NCBI GenBank assembly: GCA_965222575.1
Contig: OZ244958.1
Span: 160,001-224,000 of the forward strand
Reading direction: 5' to 3'
Source: Alphaproteobacteria bacterium
Lineage (GTDB): Bacteria > Pseudomonadota > Alphaproteobacteria > G965222575
Length of the DNA: 64,000 nt
The position numbers were made by a program, and so were the translations under genes. The notes beneath the pieces are model-generated. The model made no database searches and had not been told where the DNA came from. It saw nothing but the letters and a program-made list of their open reading frames with translations. Positions 45,953 through 55,503 of the stretch are shown here, one piece after another; position 1 is the stretch's first letter; each line of letters begins with the position of its first letter.

Positions 45953-48043
45953 TTAAAAAAATTTTGGTCTTATGGACAATTGAAAATTCATTCCTTTGTT
46001 GCGTTGGTAGAGATCACCTTGTTTATAGGTTACCTTCATTTGGAAGAGAAGACAATTCTGAAGGAGAAAAAGTCCTACTGTCCACCGTTTGCCGGTTTCA
46101 TGGGCTTTATCTTGAGCGAAGGCCAAGGAAAGGGAGAAGGTCTTTGAGACATCATATTGTGAGGTGAGGGTGAAGGACTGAAGATTGTGTGTCCACAGAG
46201 CGAGTGTTGTGTGAGAGAGAAAGGCGTGTTGGGCTGTAATTTTGTATTGTTCCATATTGAGGGTAGCATGATGGAGACCGCGCAGGAGTTGTCCTTGTGT
46301 TGTGAGCATCACTTCGGATTCTAAGGAGAGCACAGGAGAGGCGGTGAGGGCGGTATTAAAGAGGAGGTGGTTTTTTGGGGTATTGCCTTGTGTTTTGAGG
46401 GTTGTGACCAGTGCGGCGGAAGCGTTGAAGTGTTGAGGTTTGTGGAAATTAAGAGCATATTGCAGTGTATTGTTTCTTAAGTCTCCGTTGAGATAGGATT
46501 CTAAGGAGAGCAGTCTTGGGGTATCGACTGCGTGTAGGATTTTGTGTTGTCTTGCCAAGTTTTGAGGGGGTGTTGAAGAGAGGAAGAGGTGGATTTGAGG
46601 GGAGAGAATCCAGTGAGAGCGTTTCTCTAGGAGAGGCATGGAGAGGGATTGCAAGAGTGCGGCGAAGATTTTTGTATGGGATTCGCTATGGAGGAATTTT
46701 GTTGCGATTTTTGTAGTGTGTACAAAGGGCCCTTGGATTTGTTGTCGGCTCCAACGGAGAGTTCCTGTGAGTTCACGGAGGGGTGGTGTGGAGGTATTGA
46801 CTCGTTGATAGGAGGAGTTGAGGGTAGCATTGAGATATCCTTTTAGGAGGGGGCGTATTGTGTTGTATTGGTAGAGCAGGAGAAAGGGTGTGGAGGAGGG
46901 GAAGAGGTGAGGATTTTTGCGTAAGTCTTGGAATGAAGAGAGGGAGAGGGTGTGTGAGGAGGTGTTGGTGTTGGTGTTGACTTGAAGGAAGCTTGTGAGC
47001 ATACGGGCGGTTTCATCAAAGAGGAAGTCTTCTAAATAGTCTTTATGAGAAACTTTATACAGCTGCCATTTATAAGAGAGGGTTGGTTGGAGGGAAAAGT
47101 TTCCTTGAGATTTTATGTGGTGGCGGAATTGGTTATTGGGTCGCGCACCAAAGGTCTTAAAATCGTTTTGTTGTTGTCTAACGGGGGCGAGGGTTGAGGT
47201 TAGTGTGGTCTGTGTTGAACCATGTGGAAAGCGTTTACGGGCTTCAATTTCTATGAGGGGTGCTCTTGGAGAGAGCCACGGAATCACTGTGAGGTCTTTT
47301 GATGGAGAAAGAGCCACATAATAGGGTATGCCTAGCATGAATTGAACATAAGGGGAGCGTTTGACATGAGGGGGCAAGACGCCAGTTGCGCCTCTCCCTT
47401 TGAGACGTGTGAAGTTAGGCACGCGTATTGTGGGCTTACTAAAGAGTGTGATTGGCCAGTTGAGAAAGCGTGCTTGTAGTTTATGGAAGGTGAAATGGGT
47501 ATGATCTTGCGTGAGTTTTTGTGCTGTGATTTGCCATACTACCTGTCCATTATCCTTACAGCAAGCGAAAATGATATCACGTGCGCTTAGTGTCCGATTT
47601 TCGACGGTGAGGGATTCTAGGAAGAGTTTTCTATTGTTCGTGAAGAGTTTAATAGCCCCTGTGCGCAAGGACTTGTTCTTTTGGTCCCAATACAGGGGGT
47701 CTTCTGTTTCAAGAGACACTGTTGCACCGAGAAGAGACCGTGTTTGTAGGCGCAAGGGGAGCAGAAGATGAAGGGCATTGAGTTCCAAAGTCGTCTTTCC
47801 ATGGGTGGAGAGAAGCGCCTTTTCTTGATGGACAGTGAGTTCATCAGTAAAGAGATTGAAAAATTTGTAAGAAATACGGACATTGCCTCTGAGAATGAGA
47901 AGATTGTTATCTTCTTCTAAAAGGACTTGGTTGGATTTGACATCGGCTTGTTTGAAAAACTGATTGAAGAAGTTGCTTTTTTGACCATAGGACTGGTTTG
48001 GCAACAAGAGCAGAATAAGCGCTAAGAAAAGAGGCCTGTACAT
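45953..48043 (-). CDS. lptD: LPS-assembly protein LptD (highly divergent)
   Basis: OstA-like N-terminus (GNV.I.Y), W.I.A, TG.L.P, PYY....S.DLT, D.DYL-like motif, C-terminal NC..; synteny. Confidence 0.78.
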   Translation of the reverse strand: MYRPLFLALILLLLPNQSYGQKSNFFNQFFKQADVKSNQVLLEEDNNLLILRGNVRISYKFFNLFTDELTVHQEKALLSTHGKTTLELNALHLLLPLRLQTRSLLGATVSLETEDPLYWDQKNKSLRTGAIKLFTNNRKLFLESLTVENRTLSARDIIFACCKDNGQVVWQITAQKLTQDHTHFTFHKLQARFLNWPITLFSKPTIRVPNFTRLKGRGATGVLPPHVKRSPYVQFMLGIPYYVALSPSKDLTVIPWLSPRAPLIEIEARKRFPHGSTQTTLTSTLAPVRQQQNDFKTFGARPNNQFRHHIKSQGNFSLQPTLSYKWQLYKVSHKDYLEDFLFDETARMLTSFLQVNTNTNTSSHTLSLSSFQDLRKNPHLFPSSTPFLLLYQYNTIRPLLKGYLNATLNSSYQRVNTSTPPLRELTGTLRWSRQQIQGPFVHTTKIATKFLHSESHTKIFAALLQSLSMPLLEKRSHWILSPQIHLFLSSTPPQNLARQHKILHAVDTPRLLSLESYLNGDLRNNTLQYALNFHKPQHFNASAALVTTLKTQGNTPKNHLLFNTALTASPVLSLESEVMLTTQGQLLRGLHHATLNMEQYKITAQHAFLSHTTLALWTHNLQSFTLTSQYDVSKTFSLSLAFAQDKAHETGKRWTVGLFLLQNCLLFQMKVTYKQGDLYQRNKGMNFQLSIRPKFF

Positions 48044-48046
48044 AGT

Positions 48047-49171
48047 TTATGCGCTAGAAGGAGGTACTGATTTAGGGGGAGAAAAGAGGCAATAGAGGGC
48101 AAACAAGAAGATAAGAGCAGAAGGCATGATAGCAGCAACGAGAGGCGGAACATACCCATTAACGCCTAAGGTACGACTGAAGAGTTGTATGCTATATAAA
48201 AAGACGCCGCCTAGGAAGCAGTTTAATAATTGAAGCGGGGAGTTTTTTTTCGTAAGAGGTAAGGCAAGAACACAAGCTAAGAAGACCATAACGGAAGCGA
48301 AGAGAGGCTGTAGAAGTTCTATGATGAGGAAGGTTCTGTTGGCTTTATCTTCAATGCCAATGGAGTTGCGGTATTGGAGGAAGCGCAGGTTTTCGGTAAG
48401 GGAGAAGTCGCCCGGGTCAACGAGTCTATGATCTAGGATAACAGCAAGTGTGATAGAGGGGGTTAGGTTTAAGGTATGAAATTTTTTGATAGCGTCTTGT
48501 TGTTGTTCTGTGAAGTGGGCTTGGAATCCATCAGTTAAGACCCATTGTTGGTTGGTTAAAGAAATGTGATTGGCTTGGATATGTTGGAGTATTTTGCGTT
48601 GTTGATTGAAGACCACAATGAAGACGGTCTGAGCGGTGAGTTTATTCTGATGGATTCTGGAAGGATTTTGAAGGAAGACGACGCGTCTTAAAGAGGAGTT
48701 GATGCGTTCTTCAAAAACGAGTCTCTTGACGAAGGCGGTAGGAGATGGCGGGTCATTGTGCAAGTTTTTTTTTCGTATTTCATAGGCTTTGTAGAGCAAG
48801 GGCCAAGAGATAGGGTTTGCTGCGGTTACAAAGCAATTGAACAGGAAGGCGATGGCAACGAAGGTTAAGAGGAGGAGGTGATAGGGGATACCGCAAGCTT
48901 CCATGCCTAAGATTTGGTTTGTGTCTTTGAGTTTTCTCACGGAGATAAAAGCGGTGATAAAGAAGATGAAGGGCGTGATGGAGGAGAGGATTTTGGGGGT
49001 ACGCATCAGGGCCATTGGGAGGACTGTGTGAATTGCTTCCGGGTTAAATTTCGTTGCTTGAGAGAGGAGTTGGAAGACATCAATAAAGAGGATGAACGCG
49101 AAGAAGATGGAGAAAATCAAGAGCAGGTCTTTCAGGAACTGTTGGCTCCACAATAGGACAATACGTGGCAT
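48047..49171 (-). CDS. lptG: LptF/LptG-family permease (LptG position)
   Basis: 3 TM + periplasmic domain (W.L.DG) + 3 TM, G..G.VPP.VAA..P; synteny. Confidence 0.78.
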   Translation of the reverse strand: MPRIVLLWSQQFLKDLLLIFSIFFAFILFIDVFQLLSQATKFNPEAIHTVLPMALMRTPKILSSITPFIFFITAFISVRKLKDTNQILGMEACGIPYHLLLLTFVAIAFLFNCFVTAANPISWPLLYKAYEIRKKNLHNDPPSPTAFVKRLVFEERINSSLRRVVFLQNPSRIHQNKLTAQTVFIVVFNQQRKILQHIQANHISLTNQQWVLTDGFQAHFTEQQQDAIKKFHTLNLTPSITLAVILDHRLVDPGDFSLTENLRFLQYRNSIGIEDKANRTFLIIELLQPLFASVMVFLACVLALPLTKKNSPLQLLNCFLGGVFLYSIQLFSRTLGVNGYVPPLVAAIMPSALIFLFALYCLFSPPKSVPPSSA

Positions 49172-50292
49172 TATGGTAGACGTTGTATGGTATGAATATT
49201 TTTCAGTAAGAGCCGCAAGAGCAGCACCGCTCCATAAGCAATAGTCACACCATAGAGCGGTAGTATCATAGAGGGGGTTGCGATTAAGACGGAGAGAACA
49301 TTATAAGCGACGACAAGTCCTAGGGCCTCTATAGCAGTTTTGAAGAGGGCGAAGAAGAGGTTTTGTGTTTGTCTATTGAGGTGTCTAAATCGGATGCACT
49401 GTAAGATTGTTATGAGTCCGATGAAGAGGACGAAAAGGGCTTGCAGGAAGCGATTATGAAGATCGGTAACGGCAGGGATGAGGTGTGGTTGTGGTTTCAA
49501 GAGGCTTGGGATACTGAGGGCATTGGTTTTCCATAAGGTGGGAGCGGACTGAAAGCTTACCAGCACAGGCGGAGGTGGCAGGGTTAGGAAGGAAGAAATA
49601 TCCATTGTATGGCGTTGAAAATGGAAGGAGCCGATTTGCTGTTTTTGTTGATTTAAGTATTGGATTTGTCCATTTTCCATTAAGAAAAGGATTTGTCCGT
49701 TTTCTCTAAATTGCACGATACCCCGTTGACAAGAGATGAGGAGTTGGAGAGCGTTACGATATTCCAACATGACATCTTGGAAGAGGCTATAGGTTTCGTA
49801 ATGTTTTTGTTGTCCGACTCTGAGGCGCACATTTTGGTTGAGGAGTTGGAAAGTATCTTCTTGCAAGCGCAACATGTTGGTAGAAAACGTGCTAGGGTTT
49901 TTGAGGGTATAAAGTGATTTTTCTGCTATGGGTTTGAGGAAGAAATTGTTCAGCAGGACAGAGAGTGAGATAAAGAGGACAAAGACGATTGCTGGGTTGA
50001 AGAGTTGGAATTTTGAGATTCCTATAGCGTGACAAGCGGTGCGTTCGGAGGATTTTTCTAATTGGATATGGAAGGTGAGCAACCCGACGAGCAAGGCGAA
50101 GGCGGCAATGAAGTGATAGAAAATTGAAAGGACAAAAAAAGTGGAGAGGAACGCTAGGAAGATATGCTGGGCATTAAAGAGGAAATCCAGATAAGCGCTG
50201 AGGTGGACGAACCAGATGAGGGAACCGAAAACAGTTGCAACGAAGAGGAAGCCTAAAAGGATTCCTTTGAAAAGATAGAGCTTTAAGGTCAT
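49171..50292 (-). CDS. lptF: LptF/LptG-family permease (LptF position; start ATG 50292)
   Basis: L....SE..A..AIGIS..QL..P, L.ENG, .LH.R; synteny. Confidence 0.78.
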   Translation of the reverse strand: MTLKLYLFKGILLGFLFVATVFGSLIWFVHLSAYLDFLFNAQHIFLAFLSTFFVLSIFYHFIAAFALLVGLLTFHIQLEKSSERTACHAIGISKFQLFNPAIVFVLFISLSVLLNNFFLKPIAEKSLYTLKNPSTFSTNMLRLQEDTFQLLNQNVRLRVGQQKHYETYSLFQDVMLEYRNALQLLISCQRGIVQFRENGQILFLMENGQIQYLNQQKQQIGSFHFQRHTMDISSFLTLPPPPVLVSFQSAPTLWKTNALSIPSLLKPQPHLIPAVTDLHNRFLQALFVLFIGLITILQCIRFRHLNRQTQNLFFALFKTAIEALGLVVAYNVLSVLIATPSMILPLYGVTIAYGAVLLLRLLLKNIHTIQRLP

Positions 50293-50744
50293 GCTGTGGG
50301 AAGAGGAGAATACAGTGTGTGGGCTCTTTTGAGGAAGGCTTGAAAGATATCTTGACTGACTGTTGGGAATTGTTTTTTGAAGAGTGGGGTGAGAGGAGAA
50401 GGCAAGATATTCATGCTGAGGTGGAAGGAGAGATGGGAGGAAGAATTGCTTTTTAGAAAATGCCACTTAGCATGGAAAGAAGCAACGAAGGGTTTTTCTC
50501 CTTTGATGTGGATGGTGGAGGTATTGTCATCACAGGTGACGGTTGATTGATAGGTTGTGCTTATTGCACCTAAGTTGAGATGGACACGTGCAATGAAGGT
50601 ATGGTCATTGACTATTTTTAAGATACGTACCTGTTGGCATTGAGGGAGGAAGGAAGGATATTGCTCAACATCTTTCACCATTTTCATTAAGCTGTGGGCG
50701 TGATAGGGTAAAGAATGCGTGGCGTTAAAGTTTAGTGTTGCCAT
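50289..50744 (-). CDS. RatA/Coq10-like START domain protein
   Basis: LPY....L..MV.DVE.YP.FLP.C, AF.KRA..LY; follows lipA. Confidence 0.88.
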   Translation of the reverse strand: MATLNFNATHSLPYHAHSLMKMVKDVEQYPSFLPQCQQVRILKIVNDHTFIARVHLNLGAISTTYQSTVTCDDNTSTIHIKGEKPFVASFHAKWHFLKSNSSSHLSFHLSMNILPSPLTPLFKKQFPTVSQDIFQAFLKRAHTLYSPLPTA

Positions 50745-51684
50745 GTTGTGCGCGGCGGCGTTTTTTCCTTAGGGTGAAGAAATCTTCATCAGCATGGTAG
50801 GAGGATCGCGTGAGAGGGGAAGAGGCTACCATAAGGAATCCTTTGCCGTAAGCCATGGTTTTGAGTTTTTCGAAGGTTTGAGGTTCGATGAAAGCGTGGA
50901 GTGGGTAATGGTTAGGGGTTGGTTGTAGGTACTGTCCTATGGTGAGGAAATCCACCTGAGCGGCTCTTAGGTCATCCATGACTTGTAGGATTTCTGTTTC
51001 TGTTTCACCGAGCCCGACCATGAGGCCTGATTTTGTAAAGAGGTCTTGGTTTTGAGCTTTAGCAGTATCGAGGAGTTTGAGTGAAGTAAAGTACCGTGCA
51101 CCCGGCCTTACAGCTTTATAGAGTCTAGGGACAGTTTCAAGGTTATGATTAAAGACATCAGGTTTCGCGCGAAAGATAATGTCAGGGGCTGAGTCTTTGC
51201 GCAAGAAATCCGGTGTCAAAACTTCAATAGTTGTCTGAGGGCATAGTTTACGGATAGCAAGGATAGTTTGAGCGAAATGTTGTGCGCCGCCGTCAGGGAG
51301 GTCATCTCTGTCAACGGAGGTGATGACTACATGCTTAAGGTTGAGTTTTTGTACAGCCCCAGCAACACTATAAGGTTCCATAGGGTTAAGAGGTTTAGGG
51401 ATACCGGTCTTGACATTACAGAAGGAGCAAGCTCTTGTACAAGTAGAGCCCATAATCATCATAGTCACATGCTGTTTTCCCCAACATTCTCCGATATTAG
51501 GGCAAGAGGCTTCTTGGCAAACGGTATGTAGTCCTAGACTTTGGACGATGGTAAGGGTGTCATGATACTGTTTGTTATTAGGAGACTTGACGCGTATCCA
51601 AGGCGGTTTTTTTAGCAAAGGCTTGTGTGACAGAGGAGTTTGCTTCTCTGGGTGTCTGAGGTGGGGATTTTGAGAGGGTCTCAT
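50725..51684 (-). CDS. lipA: Lipoyl synthase
   Basis: [36 protein letters not shown]. Confidence 0.97.
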   Translation of the reverse strand: MRPSQNPHLRHPEKQTPLSHKPLLKKPPWIRVKSPNNKQYHDTLTIVQSLGLHTVCQEASCPNIGECWGKQHVTMMIMGSTCTRACSFCNVKTGIPKPLNPMEPYSVAGAVQKLNLKHVVITSVDRDDLPDGGAQHFAQTILAIRKLCPQTTIEVLTPDFLRKDSAPDIIFRAKPDVFNHNLETVPRLYKAVRPGARYFTSLKLLDTAKAQNQDLFTKSGLMVGLGETETEILQVMDDLRAAQVDFLTIGQYLQPTPNHYPLHAFIEPQTFEKLKTMAYGKGFLMVASSPLTRSSYHADEDFFTLRKKRRRAQHGNTKL

Positions 51685-51696
51685 GGTATTGGAGTT

Positions 51697-53064
51697 TTAT
51701 TGATGCAGTGGAAGACCAATGGCATGGAGGATTGATTCAGGGAGAGCCTCTGAGAAAGTGGGATGAGGGAAAACGGTATGGAGGAAGTCTTCTTCAGTTG
51801 TCTCAAGGGTCATAGCAACAGCAATGGTACCGATGAGTTCTGTAACATGAGCGCCAATGAGGTGAGCGCCAATGAGTTCGCCAGTGGTTTTATGGAAGAG
51901 GGTCTTAACCAATCCCTGTGAGTGGTTGGTTGCAATGGCTTTGCCATTGCCTGTGAAAGGGAAGCGTCCAATGTTAAGGGGAATATTTTTCTCCTCTGCC
52001 TCCTGTTGGGACAATCCTATGGAGGCAATCTGAGGAGCGGTATAGATAGCATCAGGAATGAGAGGGGGGGTATGAGAAGCGGGGGCTTTTCCTGCTATGG
52101 CATCAGCGCACAGGAGTCCTTCATGAGAAGCCTTATGAGCAAGACAAGGAGGTTTTGTGACATCTCCAATGGCGTAAACGCCCTCAACAGAGGTTTTTCC
52201 ATAGTCTTTTGTAGGGATATATCCTTGTGTGATATCAAGGCCTAAGTTTTCAAGGCCTAAGTTTTCCACATTCGCTTTCACGCCAACCGCTAGGAGGGCT
52301 TTATCGGCTTTGAGGGTTTTGCCGCCTTTAAGTGTTGCGCAAATAGAGGGGGTGAGTTCAGTGATTGTTGTATTCGTATAAAATGTAATGCCCTGTTGTT
52401 CGAAAGACTTTCGTGCAATATCACTAATTTCCTTATCGCAAGCAGGCAAGATACGAGGCAAGGCTTCCACGACGGTGACTTCCGAGCCAAGGGTCTGAAA
52501 GAACCAAGCGAATTCCATGCCGATAGCCCCAGAGCCGATAACAAGCAAGGAAGAGGGAAGTTTAGGCACAGACAAAGCCCCTTTGTAGGTGAGAATGGTT
52601 TTTTCATCTGGTTTGATATGAGGGAGTGTTTTCGCTCTAGCCCCTGTGGCAATAATGAGATGTTGATAAGTGAGCGAAAGGGTTTCAGAAACAATGACTT
52701 TTTTGAGGTCTGGCAAGTATGCACGTCCTTTGAAGAGGGCGATTTTATGTTTTTTCATCAAGTGTGAGATGCCCGTTGAAAGGGTTTTGACTGCTTTTTG
52801 AGACGCTTGATGCATAAGGGTCAAATCAAGAGGTTTTTCAACCGTCATAGTAAGTCCGAAGTGTTGAGCTTGTTGAGCAAATTGGAACAGTTCAGCAGCA
52901 TGTAAGAGGGCTTTTGTAGGGATACAACCCCAGTTGAGACAAATACCGCCTAATTTTTTTTCTTCAACTAACGCCACACTAAGCCCCCTTTGTGCGGCGC
53001 GAATGGCGGCTACATACCCGCCGGGCCCACCGCCAATAACAATAACATCAAAATCTTTTTTCAT
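51697..53064 (-). CDS. lpdA: Dihydrolipoyl dehydrogenase (E3)
   Basis: GGGPGGY, GGICLNWGCIPTK, HPT.SE. Confidence 0.97.
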   Translation of the reverse strand: MKKDFDVIVIGGGPGGYVAAIRAAQRGLSVALVEEKKLGGICLNWGCIPTKALLHAAELFQFAQQAQHFGLTMTVEKPLDLTLMHQASQKAVKTLSTGISHLMKKHKIALFKGRAYLPDLKKVIVSETLSLTYQHLIIATGARAKTLPHIKPDEKTILTYKGALSVPKLPSSLLVIGSGAIGMEFAWFFQTLGSEVTVVEALPRILPACDKEISDIARKSFEQQGITFYTNTTITELTPSICATLKGGKTLKADKALLAVGVKANVENLGLENLGLDITQGYIPTKDYGKTSVEGVYAIGDVTKPPCLAHKASHEGLLCADAIAGKAPASHTPPLIPDAIYTAPQIASIGLSQQEAEEKNIPLNIGRFPFTGNGKAIATNHSQGLVKTLFHKTTGELIGAHLIGAHVTELIGTIAVAMTLETTEEDFLHTVFPHPTFSEALPESILHAIGLPLHQ

Positions 53065-54302
53065 GAGAGAAAGAGTGTGAAAGGTCTGCGCTCAATAAGA
53101 AGAGAAAAAGTTTCCAAGAAGGCAGCACCTTGAGTGCCATTAATACACCGATGGTCTAAAGACAAGGAAACAGACATAACAGGTTTACTGCAAATATGCC
53201 CTTCTATAGAGACAGGTTTTTCCAGCACAGCCCCAACAGACAAGATAGCACCTTGCGGTTCATTAATAATCGCATAAAAGGTCTCCACACCAAACATGCC
53301 AAGATTTGAAACAGTAAAAGCTCCCCCTTGATACTGTTCCGGAGAAAGCTTTCTGTCACGGGCTTTTTGTACAAGTACTTTGAGTTCTTTTGATATCTCA
53401 AAGAGTGTCTTGCCATGAGCATTTTTAATAACAGGCGTCATAAGTCCATCCTCTACAGCAACAGCACAAGCCACATCAATCGACTGAAATTGCCGAATAT
53501 ATCCCTCCTCCCACTGAACATTCACAGAAGGATGCTCTTTCAAAGCAAGTACTACCGCTTTGATAATGGCATCATTAAGAGAGATTTTTTGAGGTTTTTC
53601 TCTCCCTTCATTGACTTGCTCTCTAAGGGCCATAAGCTTCTCCATGAAGACTGAGCGCGTCAAATAGAAATGAGGGACATGGGTTTTGCTATGGGTCATA
53701 CGCTCAGCAATGACCTGCTGCATACCACTGAGTTCAATTTTTTGAGACGTCACAGAAGAGGAAGCAAGAACATCTCTCTTGACAATACGCCCCCCGGGCC
53801 CTGAGCCTGTAAGAGAAGCAAGGGAAATGCCCGCCTCTTTCGCTAACCGTTTGGCTAAAGGGGAAGCGAAAATCCGCTCTTTTGATGCAGTGCTAACTGT
53901 AGGGTCTGGTGTATCCATAGAAGCATCTTGCACTTTAGGTGTTGAGGAAGACCGCTCTTTTGATACAGCGCTGACTGTAGGGGCTGGTGTATCTGTGGAA
54001 ACGTCTTCCCCTTTAGGTGTTAGGGAAGGCGTTGGAAGATTTTCAAGGAGTGAAGGGTCATCCCCTTCTTCTAAGAGTGCGACGAGGGGGGTATTGACAG
54101 GGATAGGGTTACGACTTTGAGGGATGAGAATTTTACCGACGATTCCCACTTCAACGGCTTCCCATTCCATAAGAGCTTTATCGGTTTCAATTTCCGCTAA
54201 TAGCTCTCCCCCTTTGAGTTTATCTCCTTCTTTTATATGCCATTTTGCAATTTTTCCCTCTTTCATAGTGGGAGATAGGGCTGGCATTTCAAGGAATATC
54301 AT
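53061..54302 (-). CDS. pdhC: Pyruvate dehydrogenase E2 dihydrolipoamide acetyltransferase
   Basis: MPALSPTM, lipoyl EIETDKA, ASPLAKRLA, GSGPGGRI, DHR. Confidence 0.97.
   Translation of the reverse strand: MIFLEMPALSPTMKEGKIAKWHIKEGDKLKGGELLAEIETDKALMEWEAVEVGIVGKILIPQSRNPIPVNTPLVALLEEGDDPSLLENLPTPSLTPKGEDVSTDTPAPTVSAVSKERSSSTPKVQDASMDTPDPTVSTASKERIFASPLAKRLAKEAGISLASLTGSGPGGRIVKRDVLASSSVTSQKIELSGMQQVIAERMTHSKTHVPHFYLTRSVFMEKLMALREQVNEGREKPQKISLNDAIIKAVVLALKEHPSVNVQWEEGYIRQFQSIDVACAVAVEDGLMTPVIKNAHGKTLFEISKELKVLVQKARDRKLSPEQYQGGAFTVSNLGMFGVETFYAIINEPQGAILSVGAVLEKPVSIEGHICSKPVMSVSLSLDHRCINGTQGAAFLETFSLLIERRPFTLFLS
53874..54028. repeat. In-frame 78-bp tandem duplication in the PdhC linker
   Basis: 53874-53950 resembles 53952-54028; protein TPK..D.S.DTP.PTVS..SKER occurs twice. 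Confidence 0.9.
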
Positions 54303-54525
54303 AGCGTTTAGGGTTTTTCCACGAGGTTTTTAGAGGCTTTGACAATATTGTCTGGTTCAATTTCCGCTAATAGCTCTCCCCCTTTGAGTTTATCTTTTTC
54401 TTTTATATGCCATTTTGCAATTTTTCCCTCTTTCATAGTGGGAGATAGGGCTAGCATTTCAAGGAATATCATAGCGTTTAGGGTTTTTCCACGAGATTTT
54501 TAGAAGCTTTGACAATATCGTCAGG
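54186..54525. repeat. 170-bp tandem duplication spanning the pdhB stop and pdhC start
   Basis: 54186-54355 versus 54356-54525, about 7 substitutions. Confidence 0.96.
54308..54472 (-). CDS. 54-aa chimeric ORF (PdhC N-terminus fused to PdhB C-terminus) created by the duplication
   Basis: Manual translation [54 protein letters not shown]; ORF intact, expression unknown. Confidence 0.5.
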   Translation of the reverse strand: MIFLEMLALSPTMKEGKIAKWHIKEKDKLKGGELLAEIEPDNIVKASKNLVEKP

Positions 54526-55494
54526 TTGTGGCAGGGCTTGTGTTTCGAGGTTAGTGGCATAGGGCAAGGGGACATCGGCACCTGAGAGTCTTGCAACTGG
54601 GGCATCGAGCCAATCAAATCCTTGTTGTGTAATGACAGCAATGAGTTCAGCGCCGATACCACAGGCAGGCCATCCTTCTTCTACGATGAGTGCCTTGTGG
54701 GTTTTTTTGACGGAGTTGATAATGGTGTTGGTATCCATAGGCCGTAAGGAGCGCAAGTCAATAAGTTCAGGGGAAATGTTGTAGTGATTTTTTAAGATTG
54801 TAGCAGCTTTCAAGCATTTATGCACACCCATAGCATAGGAAATGATTGTCAGGTCATCTCCTTTGATGGTGATGGAAGCAGAGCCTAGTGGCACGAGAAG
54901 ATTTTTATCATTAGGGACATCTCCTTTGAGGTTATAGAGGACTTCATTTTCTAGGCAAATGACGGGATTATTGTCTCTGATGGCAGATTTTAGTAGTCCT
55001 TTTGCGTCTGCTGGGGAGTAAGGAGCGATGACTTTTAGTCCTGGGATATGAGCGAACCAAGCGGCGAAGCATTGTGAGTGTTGAGCGGCGACTTGAGCGG
55101 CGGCGCCATTTGGGCCTCTGAAAACAATAGGGACATTGAGTTGTCCTCCTGACATATAGAGGGTTTTAGCGGCGGAGTTGACAATCTGGTCCATAGCCTG
55201 CAGGGAGAAGTTAAAGGTCATAAACTCCACAATGGGGCGTAAGCCGTAGTAAGCAGCCCCAACGGCTATGCCGGCGAAGCCTGCTTCTGTAATGGGGGTA
55301 TCAATGACGCGTTGTGGTCCAAATTGCGCTAGCATGCCTTCTGTGACTTTGTAGGCACCTTGGTATTCAGCGACTTCTTCTCCTAGAATAAAAACATCCT
55401 CATTAGCTTCCATTTCTTCTCTCATAGCCGCTCTAAGCGCCTCACGCACACTAAGGGAAGAGGAAGCAGCGGTGGGGGCGTTGTTGTTAGACAT
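54478..55494 (-). CDS. pdhB: Pyruvate dehydrogenase E1 beta subunit
   Basis: [42 protein letters not shown]. Confidence 0.97.
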   Translation of the reverse strand: MSNNNAPTAASSSLSVREALRAAMREEMEANEDVFILGEEVAEYQGAYKVTEGMLAQFGPQRVIDTPITEAGFAGIAVGAAYYGLRPIVEFMTFNFSLQAMDQIVNSAAKTLYMSGGQLNVPIVFRGPNGAAAQVAAQHSQCFAAWFAHIPGLKVIAPYSPADAKGLLKSAIRDNNPVICLENEVLYNLKGDVPNDKNLLVPLGSASITIKGDDLTIISYAMGVHKCLKAATILKNHYNISPELIDLRSLRPMDTNTIINSVKKTHKALIVEEGWPACGIGAELIAVITQQGFDWLDAPVARLSGADVPLPYATNLETQALPQPDDIVKASKNLVEKP

Positions 55495-55503
55495 TGTGTG
55501 GGG

